Shown: positions 10,460 through 19,821, numbered from the stretch's first letter. The stretch is DNA of 64,000 bases from Obrimoposthia wandeli (GCA_977020255.1 CDROCS010001760.1:62001-126000); one strand, 5' to 3'. The notes: generated by a model not told the origin, from the sequence alone. Made by a program: numbers and translations.

Positions 10460-11337
10460 ACCGTTTCGGTTACCGGCAGTGCTGAAATGTTTCTTGCGTA
10501 GTCTAAGTAAAAAATAGCATCTGCTGACTGTAAAATAGTATTACAAGCTTGTACGCTAAGTCTTTGAAAGTGCTGTGTGAAGTTTAATATACCCGCAGAC
10601 TCCATCATTTTTGAATTAGCTAAATCTTTATTTCTATCTTGTAATTTTTGCTCTTGCTCTAAACGCCATTGATAAACACAATCAAATGATGGTGCTTGCA
10701 ATGCTAGCCAAAAATCCATTTTTTCATACAAAGGTTGGTAATGATCTTTTAATTGCTGATTAACATAAGTGCGCCATTTACCGTCGCTATCGTGCTTTAA
10801 TTCTAGCTCATTGACCGGCGCTGTTAATTGTTCATCAGTTTGTGGCATTACGCCCCAACACCAGCCTTCTAATAAAATAATATCTGCTGGTTTTTCAATA
10901 GCTGACCATTGCGTTTCTGGGTAAGGTTCGTCAGTGGCTTTATTAAACCTTGGGATAGTAAAACCGGTGTTTTTTTCAGCTAAATTCTTCAGTGTTTTTT
11001 CGAGCAAGACCGTATCGTGTGTTCCTGGAACACCACGAGTAGCCAATAGTGGGTGCACGTCATGAGCGAGTTGCTGGCGCTTTTTTCCGGTGTAATAGAA
11101 ATCATCTAACGACATTACCACAATGTTTAGTTGGTAAGTTTGGGTTAAATATTCAGCAATAAAATCGGTTAATGTTGATTTACCACTGCCTTGGCAGCCA
11201 TTAATACCAACAAAATAAGGTTTGTCACTTTTACTAAACTGACTGAATATACGATCAGCGAGCGGTTGGTAGTGCTCTTCTGCTGTCAGTCTAAATTTTT
11301 CAGGTAATTTGTGTTGTGCAATAAAAGTTGAGAGCAT
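10456..11337 (-). CDS. Glycerate kinase (GLYK-type P-loop kinase)
   Basis: GINGCQGSGKST, SLDDFY, TRGVPGTHD, PRFNKATD, LEGWC. Confidence 0.82.
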   Translation of the reverse strand: MLSTFIAQHKLPEKFRLTAEEHYQPLADRIFSQFSKSDKPYFVGINGCQGSGKSTLTDFIAEYLTQTYQLNIVVMSLDDFYYTGKKRQQLAHDVHPLLATRGVPGTHDTVLLEKTLKNLAEKNTGFTIPRFNKATDEPYPETQWSAIEKPADIILLEGWCWGVMPQTDEQLTAPVNELELKHDSDGKWRTYVNQQLKDHYQPLYEKMDFWLALQAPSFDCVYQWRLEQEQKLQDRNKDLANSKMMESAGILNFTQHFQRLSVQACNTILQSADAIFYLDYARNISALPVTETV

Positions 11338-11928
11338 AATTTCTACTGTAGCTAAATATTGATCATGGTGAATATTATGCTTTCAACTCTTATGCCATGA
11401 TACTTAATGTTATCTTAGTTTATTTAACTCATTGTAAATTATGATTTATTGTTTTTATTTTGTGCGTTTATGTTTTAGTGCTAATTAATTTAAAAGTAGT
11501 TTAGTGTGCAGCAAGCAAACAGTTTGCCTTATTTTGGTGCAAATAATACGAGTATTGAGGCGATGTAAATAGCTGCCAATAGTTTGAAATATAGTAAGTA
11601 TGTGACTACGCATAATGATTGATATTAATCTCATTTACGGTCGATAGTGTTTAAAGGGATACAGCTAAAATTCTTTTTTGGAGAAGGGGGCTTTTAATCA
11701 TAATATTTATAAAAATAATTTCTCCCATATGTGTATTGATGCAGTTGAAGTGAATTCCTTGTTTCTACCGATAAAAAGGAATATTTCTCACTGTTAAGCA
11801 AAGCGACTTTAAATATGTCACGCTAATTTATTGATGTATCTGATATATTTCAGTATCGTTATGAGAAATAAATTTGATAGAAGGAAATAAGCCCTATTTA
11901 AGCAAGGATTATTTTCTCTTGATAAGCT

Positions 11929-12375
11929 GTTAGAAGCACTATGAAATATCTGCATATTATCCTAATAATACTACTTTCTGGTTGTGCCACAATTCCTAAT
12001 GGAGAGTGGAAAAAAGATTACGGTGATGGATATACTTGTTTACGAATAACGTCTGACCGGAGTTGTTTAGTTCTAACCGCTAGTGAAAACGATGGAATTG
12101 GCTTTGAGTGTATTATTGAAAGTGATGGTGTGAATTCGTACGTGTTAATTCCGTTAGAAAAGTATAGGGATATAGATTCTCCATATTTAGTAAAGTTAAA
12201 CTTTCAGCAAAACTCTGATATTGCAAATTTATCGTTCGGTAGTAATAAAATTGAATTACAAAGGGTAGAGTTAACGTGCTTCTAACAAGGGTTTTCAAGT
12301 CGGACAAATTACAGTTGGCTTTTTGTTCGTGCCTCACTTATTTTAGCCAACTGCAATTTGCCGCTTAAAACGATG
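11929..12375 (+). mobile_element. Integron gene cassette 1
   Basis: Starts at core site GTTAGAA (11929-11935) and the ORF ends in its exact reverse complement TTCTAAC (12280-12286), followed by an attC. Confidence 0.8.
11941..12285 (+). CDS. Hypothetical lipoprotein (cassette-borne)
   Basis: Lipobox LSGC; stop codon lies inside the R'' core site. Confidence 0.75.
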   Translation: MKYLHIILIILLSGCATIPNGEWKKDYGDGYTCLRITSDRSCLVLTASENDGIGFECIIESDGVNSYVLIPLEKYRDIDSPYLVKLNFQQNSDIANLSFGSNKIELQRVELTCF

Positions 12376-12381
12376 TTACCA
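12280..12381 (+). mobile_element. attC recombination site
   Basis: R'' TTCTAAC, L'' region TTTTCAAG versus L' CTTAAAA (one unpaired C), TCGGACAAATT versus AATTTGCCG (two more unpaired bases), CAGTTGGCT/AGCCAACTG stem, R' GTTACCA. Confidence 0.85.
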
Positions 12382-12983
12382 TGATTCGAACTTCAATATT
12401 ATCTACAGTTGTATTATCTCTATCTTTTTCACCAGTAATTTTTCTAATATGGTGGGATAAAGTCGATCCCCCATTCATTTCAAATAATACTTATAGTTTT
12501 CTGTTAACGACATTTTTTCCAATTTTAGCTATTGCGCTTTGTATTATTTTTTATTTTTTTCTTTATTCGTATAGTAGAGCAGGAAAAAATAATAGGTTAA
12601 GAGTTATTTTTAAAAATCATTTTTCTAAACAAAACAAAAAACGTTTAGCCTTAGAATTTATATTCCTACCTGTATTTGTTTACGGATGGATTTTTACTTT
12701 AGTATGCCTACCAATACAGTTGTGGGCATTTTATTCTGTTAATCCTTCATGGTCTCAAGATTATCACCTAATTAAAGTAAAAGACTGCGGTTATGATTAT
12801 GAAAAGGAATGTATCCACTTAACACTGTTAGAATTAAACACCAAAAATAAGCATACTCTCAGGTGGTACTCAGATAGTAAGCTGTTAGCGGAGTTAAATG
12901 ATAAAACAATAACGATTGCTGGTGAGGAAAGTTATTTTGGTTATATAGTTAATGGAATAGAGTTTTTATCAGGCCAGCCATAA
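12381..12983 (+). CDS. Hypothetical membrane protein (probable cassette 2, 3' end displaced)
   Basis: ATG directly after R'; several hydrophobic helices; very AT-rich (12 G+C in 12601-12660); stop codon lies inside the transposase left-end repeat. Confidence 0.65.
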   Translation: MIRTSILSTVVLSLSFSPVIFLIWWDKVDPPFISNNTYSFLLTTFFPILAIALCIIFYFFLYSYSRAGKNNRLRVIFKNHFSKQNKKRLALEFIFLPVFVYGWIFTLVCLPIQLWAFYSVNPSWSQDYHLIKVKDCGYDYEKECIHLTLLELNTKNKHTLRWYSDSKLLAELNDKTITIAGEESYFGYIVNGIEFLSGQP

Positions 12984-13444
12984 TAACTTGTCTATATTTT
13001 ACGCAATAAGCTACGCTTAATTTACCCGCATTACGCTTGGTGATTGTCATGGCTAAACCTCGTTCACAACAAATTAGTTTATCGGATACACCGTATTGTC
13101 GAAAGGCCATGAGACAATTTTTAAGGCCACCCATAATAACTTGTCTATATTTTACGCAATAAGCTACGCTTAATTTACCCACATTACGCTTGGTGATTGT
13201 CATGGCTAAACCTCGTTCACAACAAATTAGTTTATCGGATACACCGTATTATCATATTTGCAGCCGCACGGTACGAAAGGCCATGTGGCCAGACAAAGTC
13301 AATCATCTATATTTTACGCAATAAACTACACTTAATTTACCCTCATTAAGCATGGTGATTGTCATGGCTAAACCTCGTTCACAACAAATTAGTTTATCGG
13401 ATACACCGTATTATCATATTTGCAGCCGCACGGTACGAAAGGCC
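12971..13444 (+). repeat. Three tandem copies of the transposase left end and 5' coding region
   Basis: Shared TCTATATTTTACGCAATAA at 12991, 13144 and 13306, and ATGGCTAAACCTCGTTCACAAC three times. Confidence 0.95.
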
Positions 13445-14344
13445 TTTTTATGTGGCGTAGACAAAGAGACAGGCGTCAGTTTCGAACATCGACGTGCTTG
13501 GATTGAGCGACGTATATTCCAATTAGCTAAAGTATTCTCCATTGATATTTGCGCCCATGCGGTTATGCATAATCATTTACACCTGGTGTTACATGTCGAT
13601 AGTGAGCAGGTGAAAGGTTGGACAACAGAAGAAATCTTAACACGCTGGCATCGATTATTTAAGGGCACAATACTTACTCAACAATACACAAATAAACAGC
13701 CACTTGATAAATTTCAATGCGAGATGGTTGAAAACACCGCAGAGATTTACAAACAACGGTTAATCGATATCAGCTGGTTTATGCGTGCCCTGAATGAGCC
13801 TATCGCGCGACAAGCAAATCAAGAAGACAAGTGCACAGGGCATTTTTGGGAAGGGCGGTTTAAATCACAAGCCCTTCTTGATGAAGGTGCCATATTGTCC
13901 TGTATGGCCTATGTTGATTTAAATCCTGTACGTGCGGCTATTGCATTGACACCAGAGCAATCAGACTTCACCAGTATTCAATTACGCATTAAAGCCGCGA
14001 TAAAAGGCACACAACCCAACATATTGTTGCCTTTTATCGGCAATGAGCATGAAAGTAAAACGACAGGTATAGAGTTTAGCTTACAAGATTACTTAACACT
14101 GGTTGATGAAACGGGTCGCATACTCAGAGATGATAAACGCGGTGCTATTAGCTCTAAAACGACAAGCATACTCACAAGGCTACACATCAGTAATGAAAGC
14201 TGGTTAAAACTCACGACCGACTTTGAAAATATATTCACTGGTGCGGTAGGTACAGCAGAGCACTTATGTGAATTTAGTGAACATATAGGCTCAAAAAGAA
14301 CACATGGCCTAGCCAATGCTAAAGCGTGCTTGAATAGCGCATAA
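13352..14344 (+). mobile_element. Y1 HUH transposase, REP-associated tyrosine transposase (RAYT)-like; likely start ATG 13364
   Basis: TPYYHICSRTVR, HUH motif MHNHLHLV, FWEGRFKSQAL, catalytic-Tyr region AYVDLNPVRA. Confidence 0.88.
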
Positions 14345-14775
14345 GCTTCTGGCTTTAACCCTCGAATTCAATGTTAGCTTAATAGTGACGGGCAAAGTGC
14401 CGCTAACGTTCGACGATTAGCAAATATTGTGAAAAAATGATGCGTTAGCGCCAGTCAATTAAATAAATTACTTTTAAATTATCCAACGTTGAGTGCTCAG
14501 TACATTATCAGTATTGCTTGTATTTATCATGGGTGGCATAGTTGCAGTTGATAGTTTGATTGCTTGCTTGAATAGCGCAACTAACAGGTTTCACAAGGCT
14601 TTAACCCTCGAATTCAATGTTAGCTTAATAGTGACGGGCAAAGTACTAACGTTCGACGATTAGGAAATATTGAAAAAATGATGCGTTAGCGCCTCAATTA
14701 AATAAATTACTTTTAAATGGAAAGCATATCCAACGTTGAGTGCTCATTTATCAGTATTATTTATCATGGGTGGCA
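14327..14775 (+). repeat. Imperfect tandem duplication of the transposase 3' end and right flank
   Basis: Copies 14327-14538 and 14565-14775 both run from TGCTTGAATAGCGCA to TATCATGGGTGGCA and differ by many small indels. Confidence 0.9.
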
Positions 14776-15198
14776 TAAGTTAAGTTGCTCTGATATCATT
14801 CCGTTATTATAAGATTGGTTTGCTATGTCAACTCAACATCAGTTAAGCATGTTATCATGCTTAAGGGTTTAAGTTTGTATACAAACAAAGCTATTTGCTT
14901 TGTATTGAAGCCAATAGATGTTTTAGCTAAACCTGTAAAGTCTTTCAAAAGTAAAAATCAAGAAAACAGCAATTGTTACTGAGCGATAATCAATTAATGA
15001 TAAGTGTATTTAAAGCCGCAGAAAAGTAGCAGTTTCGCTAAACAAGTGACTATGGTCATTTTTTCCATACAATATCTACGTGAAGTAATTATTACTCCAT
15101 TGATACTTCCCCAATGAACCACGCTCACGAATGAAAGTCATTGATTGCACTTGGCTCGTGACGTCAACTCAACAAGTTAGCTAATAACAAATAGCTGT

Positions 15199-16071
15199 TT
15201 AGCTAATGAAAGTCATCATTGCGCTTTTGATATATTTACTGCGATTGTTTTCAAGAGAATGGCGATTCTGACATAAATACAACGTTTCATTCACGCCGTG
15301 AGGTAATGAATGTATGGTGATATTTTCTGGTTTATTGAAAGCATTAGCCGCATGCAGGGGTAACACGGTAAAGCCAAGTCCTCGGCTTACCGGCTCTAAG
15401 ATTAAACTAATTTGATTAGAAAAACCGTGCGCTTCAAATTGCTGAACATGCTCAAATTGGTGATAATTTTTACTCAACAGTAATTGTGCGTGATGCTCGC
15501 CATCAGGATGGCCGATAAAACCTAATTTAATTAATTTTTGCCACGTTATAGTAGTGATCTCATTCGAAGTGACCAATACCAATGGCTCTACAGCAACTTT
15601 TTGGCTAACAATATTGGGCGTTTTACTGAGTTCGGTGACTAAGCCAATATCAATTTTACGTTCAAGTAAGTCTTGTTCTATGTTCTTATTTGGCGCGAAC
15701 CGGTAATCAATAGCAAGTGCTGGATGCTGTTGTTGAATATCGAGCATATAGGGATAAAGCTTTAAGCCCACACTGCCTGGTGAAGCAATTTTTACTGTGC
15801 CGATATAAGGATCGTCTTGTTTGATAGCCTTCTCAAGTTCGGCAGACCCCTGCAATAAATGCTGCCCTTGTCGGTGTAACTTTATACCTGCGTCGGTCAA
15901 TGAAAATGATTTACCTTCGCGGATCAGTAATGGCGTATTCAATTGTTGTTCTAGCTTTTTCACTTGTTGGCTGACCCCAGATTGGGTCATAAAAAGCTGC
16001 TCGGCTGTTTTAGTGAAGTGGCCAACGTCAACTAACGTACAAAATGTTTTTAACCAGATAAGATTTATCAT
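15199..16071 (-). CDS. LysR-family transcriptional regulator
   Basis: HTH FTKTAEQLFMTQSGVSQQVKKLE; divergent from the glyoxalase gene. Confidence 0.92.
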   Translation of the reverse strand: MINLIWLKTFCTLVDVGHFTKTAEQLFMTQSGVSQQVKKLEQQLNTPLLIREGKSFSLTDAGIKLHRQGQHLLQGSAELEKAIKQDDPYIGTVKIASPGSVGLKLYPYMLDIQQQHPALAIDYRFAPNKNIEQDLLERKIDIGLVTELSKTPNIVSQKVAVEPLVLVTSNEITTITWQKLIKLGFIGHPDGEHHAQLLLSKNYHQFEHVQQFEAHGFSNQISLILEPVSRGLGFTVLPLHAANAFNKPENITIHSLPHGVNETLYLCQNRHSLENNRSKYIKSAMMTFIS

Positions 16072-16165
16072 AACGAAACGTACTCATGATTATAATTAAT
16101 GATAATTTTTTATAATCTATGCTGTTGGCTATACTTTGTCCATCAAATTAATTGAGGTTATTCAA

Positions 16166-16669
16166 ATGAGCAAAGCATACCCAAGAACATTTTCACATAT
16201 TGGCATTTCAGTACCTAGTGTCGAAAAGGCCGTTAAGTTTTATACCGAAGTACTGGGTTGGTATTTAATTATGGAGCCAACAGAAATTATGGAAGACGAT
16301 AGTGCCATTGGTGAAATGTGTACTGATGTATTTGGCGCTAACTGGGAGAAATTTAAAATTGCCCATATGTCGACAGGCGACCGTATTGGTGTTGAATTAT
16401 TTGAATTTAAAAATCAGCAAAACCCTGAGAATAATTTTGAATACTGGAAAACAGGTGTCTTTCACTTCTGTGTGCAAGATCCAAATCTTGAAGACTTAGT
16501 GGAAAAAATCGTTGCTGCTGGCGGTAAAAAACGTATGGCAGAGCCACGCTACTATTACCCAGGTGAAAAACCTTACCGTATGATTTACATGGAAGACCCT
16601 TTTGGTAACATCTTAGAAATTTATAGCCATAGTTATGAGTTAACTTATGCGCAAGGTGCTTATCAGTAA
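16166..16669 (+). CDS. Glyoxalase/VOC family protein; start placed at ATG 16166
   Basis: FSHIGISV, VELFEF, FHFCVQD, YMEDPFGNILEIYS; GAGG RBS before 16166. Confidence 0.88.
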   Translation: MSKAYPRTFSHIGISVPSVEKAVKFYTEVLGWYLIMEPTEIMEDDSAIGEMCTDVFGANWEKFKIAHMSTGDRIGVELFEFKNQQNPENNFEYWKTGVFHFCVQDPNLEDLVEKIVAAGGKKRMAEPRYYYPGEKPYRMIYMEDPFGNILEIYSHSYELTYAQGAYQ

Positions 16670-16691
16670 AAGTTACTATTAGCTTCCCCTT

Positions 16692-16719
16692 AACCCTATC
16701 GCATTTGCCATAGGGTTTT
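16692..16719 (+). terminator. Rho-independent terminator
   Basis: AACCCTAT...ATAGGGTT followed by T's. Confidence 0.6.
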
Positions 16720-16738
16720 CATCATACATATAAATTAT

Positions 16739-16765
16739 TGATCTTTGCACCCGACACCTTCGTAT
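16739..16765 (+). promoter_or_regulatory. RpoE(ChrR-type) promoter
   Basis: TGATCT, 16 nt, CGTAT; this implies the downstream ORF starts at ATG 16795, not at the ORF-track start. Confidence 0.78.
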
Positions 16766-16794
16766 TAGTTACAAACAGTCGACGGAGATTTATT

Positions 16795-17061
16795 ATGCAA
16801 TCAAATTCTACCCCTTATTTACGACCAACCATATTGGCTATTGCTGACTCAAGACATTATTTAGTCGGCGCGGTTGATGCCGATGATAATTTTATTGGTT
16901 TAGAACAAGGTAGTGCTGAAGTTGTTGATTCGTTAGTGGCAGCGAAAGCTTATCTGCGCCGTAATAATGTTTCTTCGGCATTGCTTGAAATACAAAGTGC
17001 TTACGATGAAATGTGTGGTCAATCTAGCTGTGGTCGCTATCGTGAACAGATTTCTTTTTAA
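16795..17061 (+). CDS. Small conserved protein, DUF6482-like
   Basis: GGAGA RBS; C-terminal LEIQSAYDEMCG pattern. Confidence 0.6.
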   Translation: MQSNSTPYLRPTILAIADSRHYLVGAVDADDNFIGLEQGSAEVVDSLVAAKAYLRRNNVSSALLEIQSAYDEMCGQSSCGRYREQISF

Positions 17062-17063
17062 TC

Positions 17064-17327
17064 ATGAAAAATAATAATGTAGCATTAACTGATTTATTGA
17101 GAGTGTTTAATGTCGTCACTACTCAAGGCATAAAAACTGATGGTAACTATCAATATCAGGGGATAAATGCCTGGCATGATTTTGACGGCTACACCTGTTT
17201 TTTAGGCTATAAAGACTTAACCTTAACGCTGTTGTTTCACGGCCGTTATACCTTTGATTATCAAGAGCCGGAAACGCTAGAAGTGTTCTTGTCTAAAGTT
17301 AACAAACTGGTGGCTGAAAAATCATGA
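17064..17327 (+). CDS. DUF3081-like protein
   Basis: YQGINAWHDFDGYTCFL, LFHGRYTFDY. Confidence 0.65.
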   Translation: MKNNNVALTDLLRVFNVVTTQGIKTDGNYQYQGINAWHDFDGYTCFLGYKDLTLTLLFHGRYTFDYQEPETLEVFLSKVNKLVAEKS

Positions 17328-17539
17328 ACAGAGTTAATCCTAAGGTATTACTGAATAGTAAATGGACTAAGTGCAGTGTTGAGAACAAAGAAAAACACTT
17401 TGTTATTACCAAGGTGGAATTTGATGACGACAAAAATGTTATTGAGTGTCTAATTACCGCGGTGATGAATAACAATGAATACTCTATAAATTGGCGTGAC
17501 TTAAAACAGCCATTGCTGTGGCGTTTTGGCTGGCAATAG
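17324..17539 (+). CDS. TIGR02450-like Trp-rich protein
   Basis: NPKVLLNSKWT, EKHFVIT, INWRDLK, WRFGW; ATGA overlap with the previous gene. Confidence 0.8.
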   Translation: MNRVNPKVLLNSKWTKCSVENKEKHFVITKVEFDDDKNVIECLITAVMNNNEYSINWRDLKQPLLWRFGWQ

Positions 17540-17923
17540 CTGGCTAACGCTATGATTGGAGTGCTAGCTAGCTATTAACACTTAGCCTGAGTTGTTCTAC
17601 TCGTTACAGTTAAGCCAGCATACTATTTGTAGATTAACTCTGCAGTCACAACGGGCAAGGGTTATTGCAATAACATAGTATAAAAACGCTATATAGCCGC
17701 TGTGAAGAATCTATTTTAAGATCTTAATACGCCATCAAGTACCAGCTATATTTAGAGCTAGTATCTCACCGATCACCTCAACTAAATTATTTACAATAAA
17801 TAGATTAATCAATGAATTAAATTTAGTTGAACGAGGTAAGAACAATTGCTCAGCTAGAGTAAATAGTCATAATGTAATGATCAAGCAAGCAGTTAGTTAA
17901 TGTCATGAGTAATCAATAGTGAG

Positions 17924-18400
17924 TTACAAGCACCAGACACTAAAAGCGACTATATGTAGTAATACGACGATTGAAGTGAGCTGCAGCCGCATATCGAAAT
18001 ATTGCTTATTTTCAACCTTAGTGCCTTCAACCTGAGCTTCATCAAGTTTATATTCGCAAAATAAAATGGCCAAATATGATACTGCCAATAATATCAGGGC
18101 AAAATTTTGAGGGATAAGTAAGGCTAAAAATGCCATTAAGCTAAATATGTTACTAAGGTACTGTCGCTTTATACTGAGTTGGTCGTTCTTTTTTCGCCAT
18201 AATGTTCCGGCGATAAAACTAAGAATAACGGCACTATAAAATATAAAAACTTGTTTGGGCGTTTGCTGAAACAATTCGATTATCAAGTTTTGAAAGCTTA
18301 GTGCGATTACAAAAGGGATTAAACCTAAGTATCCTAAAAGCTGCTTGGTTGTTATACCTGCATGTTTACTATGCATATCTATTTTATATTTTGCTTTCAT
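17924..18400 (-). CDS. DUF3429-like membrane protein
   Basis: LGYLGLIPF, YSAVILSFIAGTLW, MRLQLT. Confidence 0.75.
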   Translation of the reverse strand: MKAKYKIDMHSKHAGITTKQLLGYLGLIPFVIALSFQNLIIELFQQTPKQVFIFYSAVILSFIAGTLWRKKNDQLSIKRQYLSNIFSLMAFLALLIPQNFALILLAVSYLAILFCEYKLDEAQVEGTKVENKQYFDMRLQLTSIVVLLHIVAFSVWCL

Positions 18401-18495
18401 ATTTATATACTCTCTCGCGTTTCATCGTCAATAATGCTTTTAAATACCTTAAAACTCTGAAAAAGCATCCTCATGTGCTAAGTGCTTATTTATAT

Positions 18496-18522
18496 TTACG
18501 GCATAGGGCAGTGCTTAGATCA
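18496..18522 (-). promoter_or_regulatory. RpoE(ChrR-type) promoter
   Basis: Minus strand TGATCT, 16 nt, CGTAA. Confidence 0.72.
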
Positions 18523-18543
18523 TTAAAATAATTTACTGTCGAC

Positions 18544-18570
18544 TAATCTTATTTGCGATTTATACCGTAT
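18544..18570 (+). promoter_or_regulatory. RpoE(ChrR-type) promoter, weaker match
   Basis: TAATCT, 16 nt, CGTAT upstream of the DUF2878 operon. Confidence 0.55.
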
Positions 18571-18614
18571 TGGCTTCTAGCTGATAATAATTAAGTGCAA
18601 ACGAGGAGAGCTTC

Positions 18615-19163
18615 ATGACGAAAAACAGTATGATTTTTAATAAAATTAAACCGCACAGCGCCATGATACTTAATATAGCGGTATTCAATATTGCTTGGTT
18701 TGGCTTAGTTTTTATCGGTAACGTATTTATACCTGTTGCCGTTGTTTTGCTCAGCCTCCAGTTCTGGTGCTTCCCGATAGCAAAAAGCGAAATACTATTG
18801 ATTATTTTAGTGGTAATAATAGGTATTTTGCTTGATACGAGTTTGGTTTATTTTGGTGTTTTTACTTTTCCAACCACGCAAGGAATTCCCTTTTGGTTAA
18901 TGACATTATGGCTATGTTTCGCTAGTACCATTCGTCACAGTTTAGCATTCCTAGCAAGATCACGAATGCTGCAATGCTTCGTTGGTGCTGTATTAGCACC
19001 GCTGAGCTACCTTGCTGGCGCTAATGTTTCTGCTGTGCAACTATCGCCTTCATTTGCCATGAGTTACTTAATTTTGGCCTTTTTGTGGGCACCACTGATG
19101 ATGATTATATTTGCCATAAGTTCATGGCTATTAACGCTAGAGGAAAAAATAAATGGCGGCTAA
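18615..19163 (+). CDS. DUF2878-like membrane protein
   Basis: FNIAW, PFWLMTLWLCFA, GAVLAPLSYLAG. Confidence 0.75.
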   Translation: MTKNSMIFNKIKPHSAMILNIAVFNIAWFGLVFIGNVFIPVAVVLLSLQFWCFPIAKSEILLIILVVIIGILLDTSLVYFGVFTFPTTQGIPFWLMTLWLCFASTIRHSLAFLARSRMLQCFVGAVLAPLSYLAGANVSAVQLSPSFAMSYLILAFLWAPLMMIIFAISSWLLTLEEKINGG

Positions 19164-19821
19164 CGCTTATATTGCTATCGCGCGAGTGATATTGCTCTGT
19201 TTACTAGCATTACATGTTCAAGCTAGCACTGTTGAAGGCGTAGCTGGAATGACTGCTGAAGTGGCAACTCCTGCTCCGTTAATGAGTGAGAATGCTAAAA
19301 AATTAGCGCAATGTGATGGGGCTGAAAAAATAGCTAGCACGCGTGATGAACTGTTCAATTCAACGAAAAATTCAACGATAAATGCGCATTTCAAGCTATT
19401 GGGACAAGCAAAATTCTCAGTGTTATTTTGGGATATCTATAACAGCAAACTGTTGACTACTGATGGCGAACAACCATTTAGCAGTGCCTGTCAGTCTTCG
19501 TTGTTTGAAATACATTACTTACGTGATATCAGCAGAAAAGAGCTATTGGAAAACACGGTCGCGCAATGGCGTCATCTGGCACTTGAAGAAAACGTGTATA
19601 AAGCTTACGTGCCACTACTTGCCAGTATATGGCCAGATTTAAAAGCGGGTGATCGCTTATCTATGTTGAATCAGCACGGGATAACTGATTTTTATTTAAA
19701 TAGTAACAAAATTGGCGAAATTGAAAGTATAGATTTTGCTAAAACCTTTCTACGTATTTGGTTAGATGAAAACACCAGTGAGCCAAAGTTACGACAACAA
19801 TTATTAGGAGATAGTATATGA
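19153..19821 (+). CDS. Chalcone-isomerase-like (Chalcone_3) exported protein
   Basis: GQAKFSVLFWDIY, WPDLKAGD, FLRIWL, EPKLRQQLLG. Confidence 0.75.
   Translation: MAANAYIAIARVILLCLLALHVQASTVEGVAGMTAEVATPAPLMSENAKKLAQCDGAEKIASTRDELFNSTKNSTINAHFKLLGQAKFSVLFWDIYNSKLLTTDGEQPFSSACQSSLFEIHYLRDISRKELLENTVAQWRHLALEENVYKAYVPLLASIWPDLKAGDRLSMLNQHGITDFYLNSNKIGEIESIDFAKTFLRIWLDENTSEPKLRQQLLGDSI

Noticed and set aside
12949-13203. 84-aa minus-strand ORF with an internal repeat
   Set aside because: It is only the antisense reading of the duplicated transposase end
12971-13444. CRISPR array or novel repeat-spacer system
   Set aside because: The units are ~150-160 bp copies of the transposase 5' end with no unique spacers of regular length, and there are no cas genes
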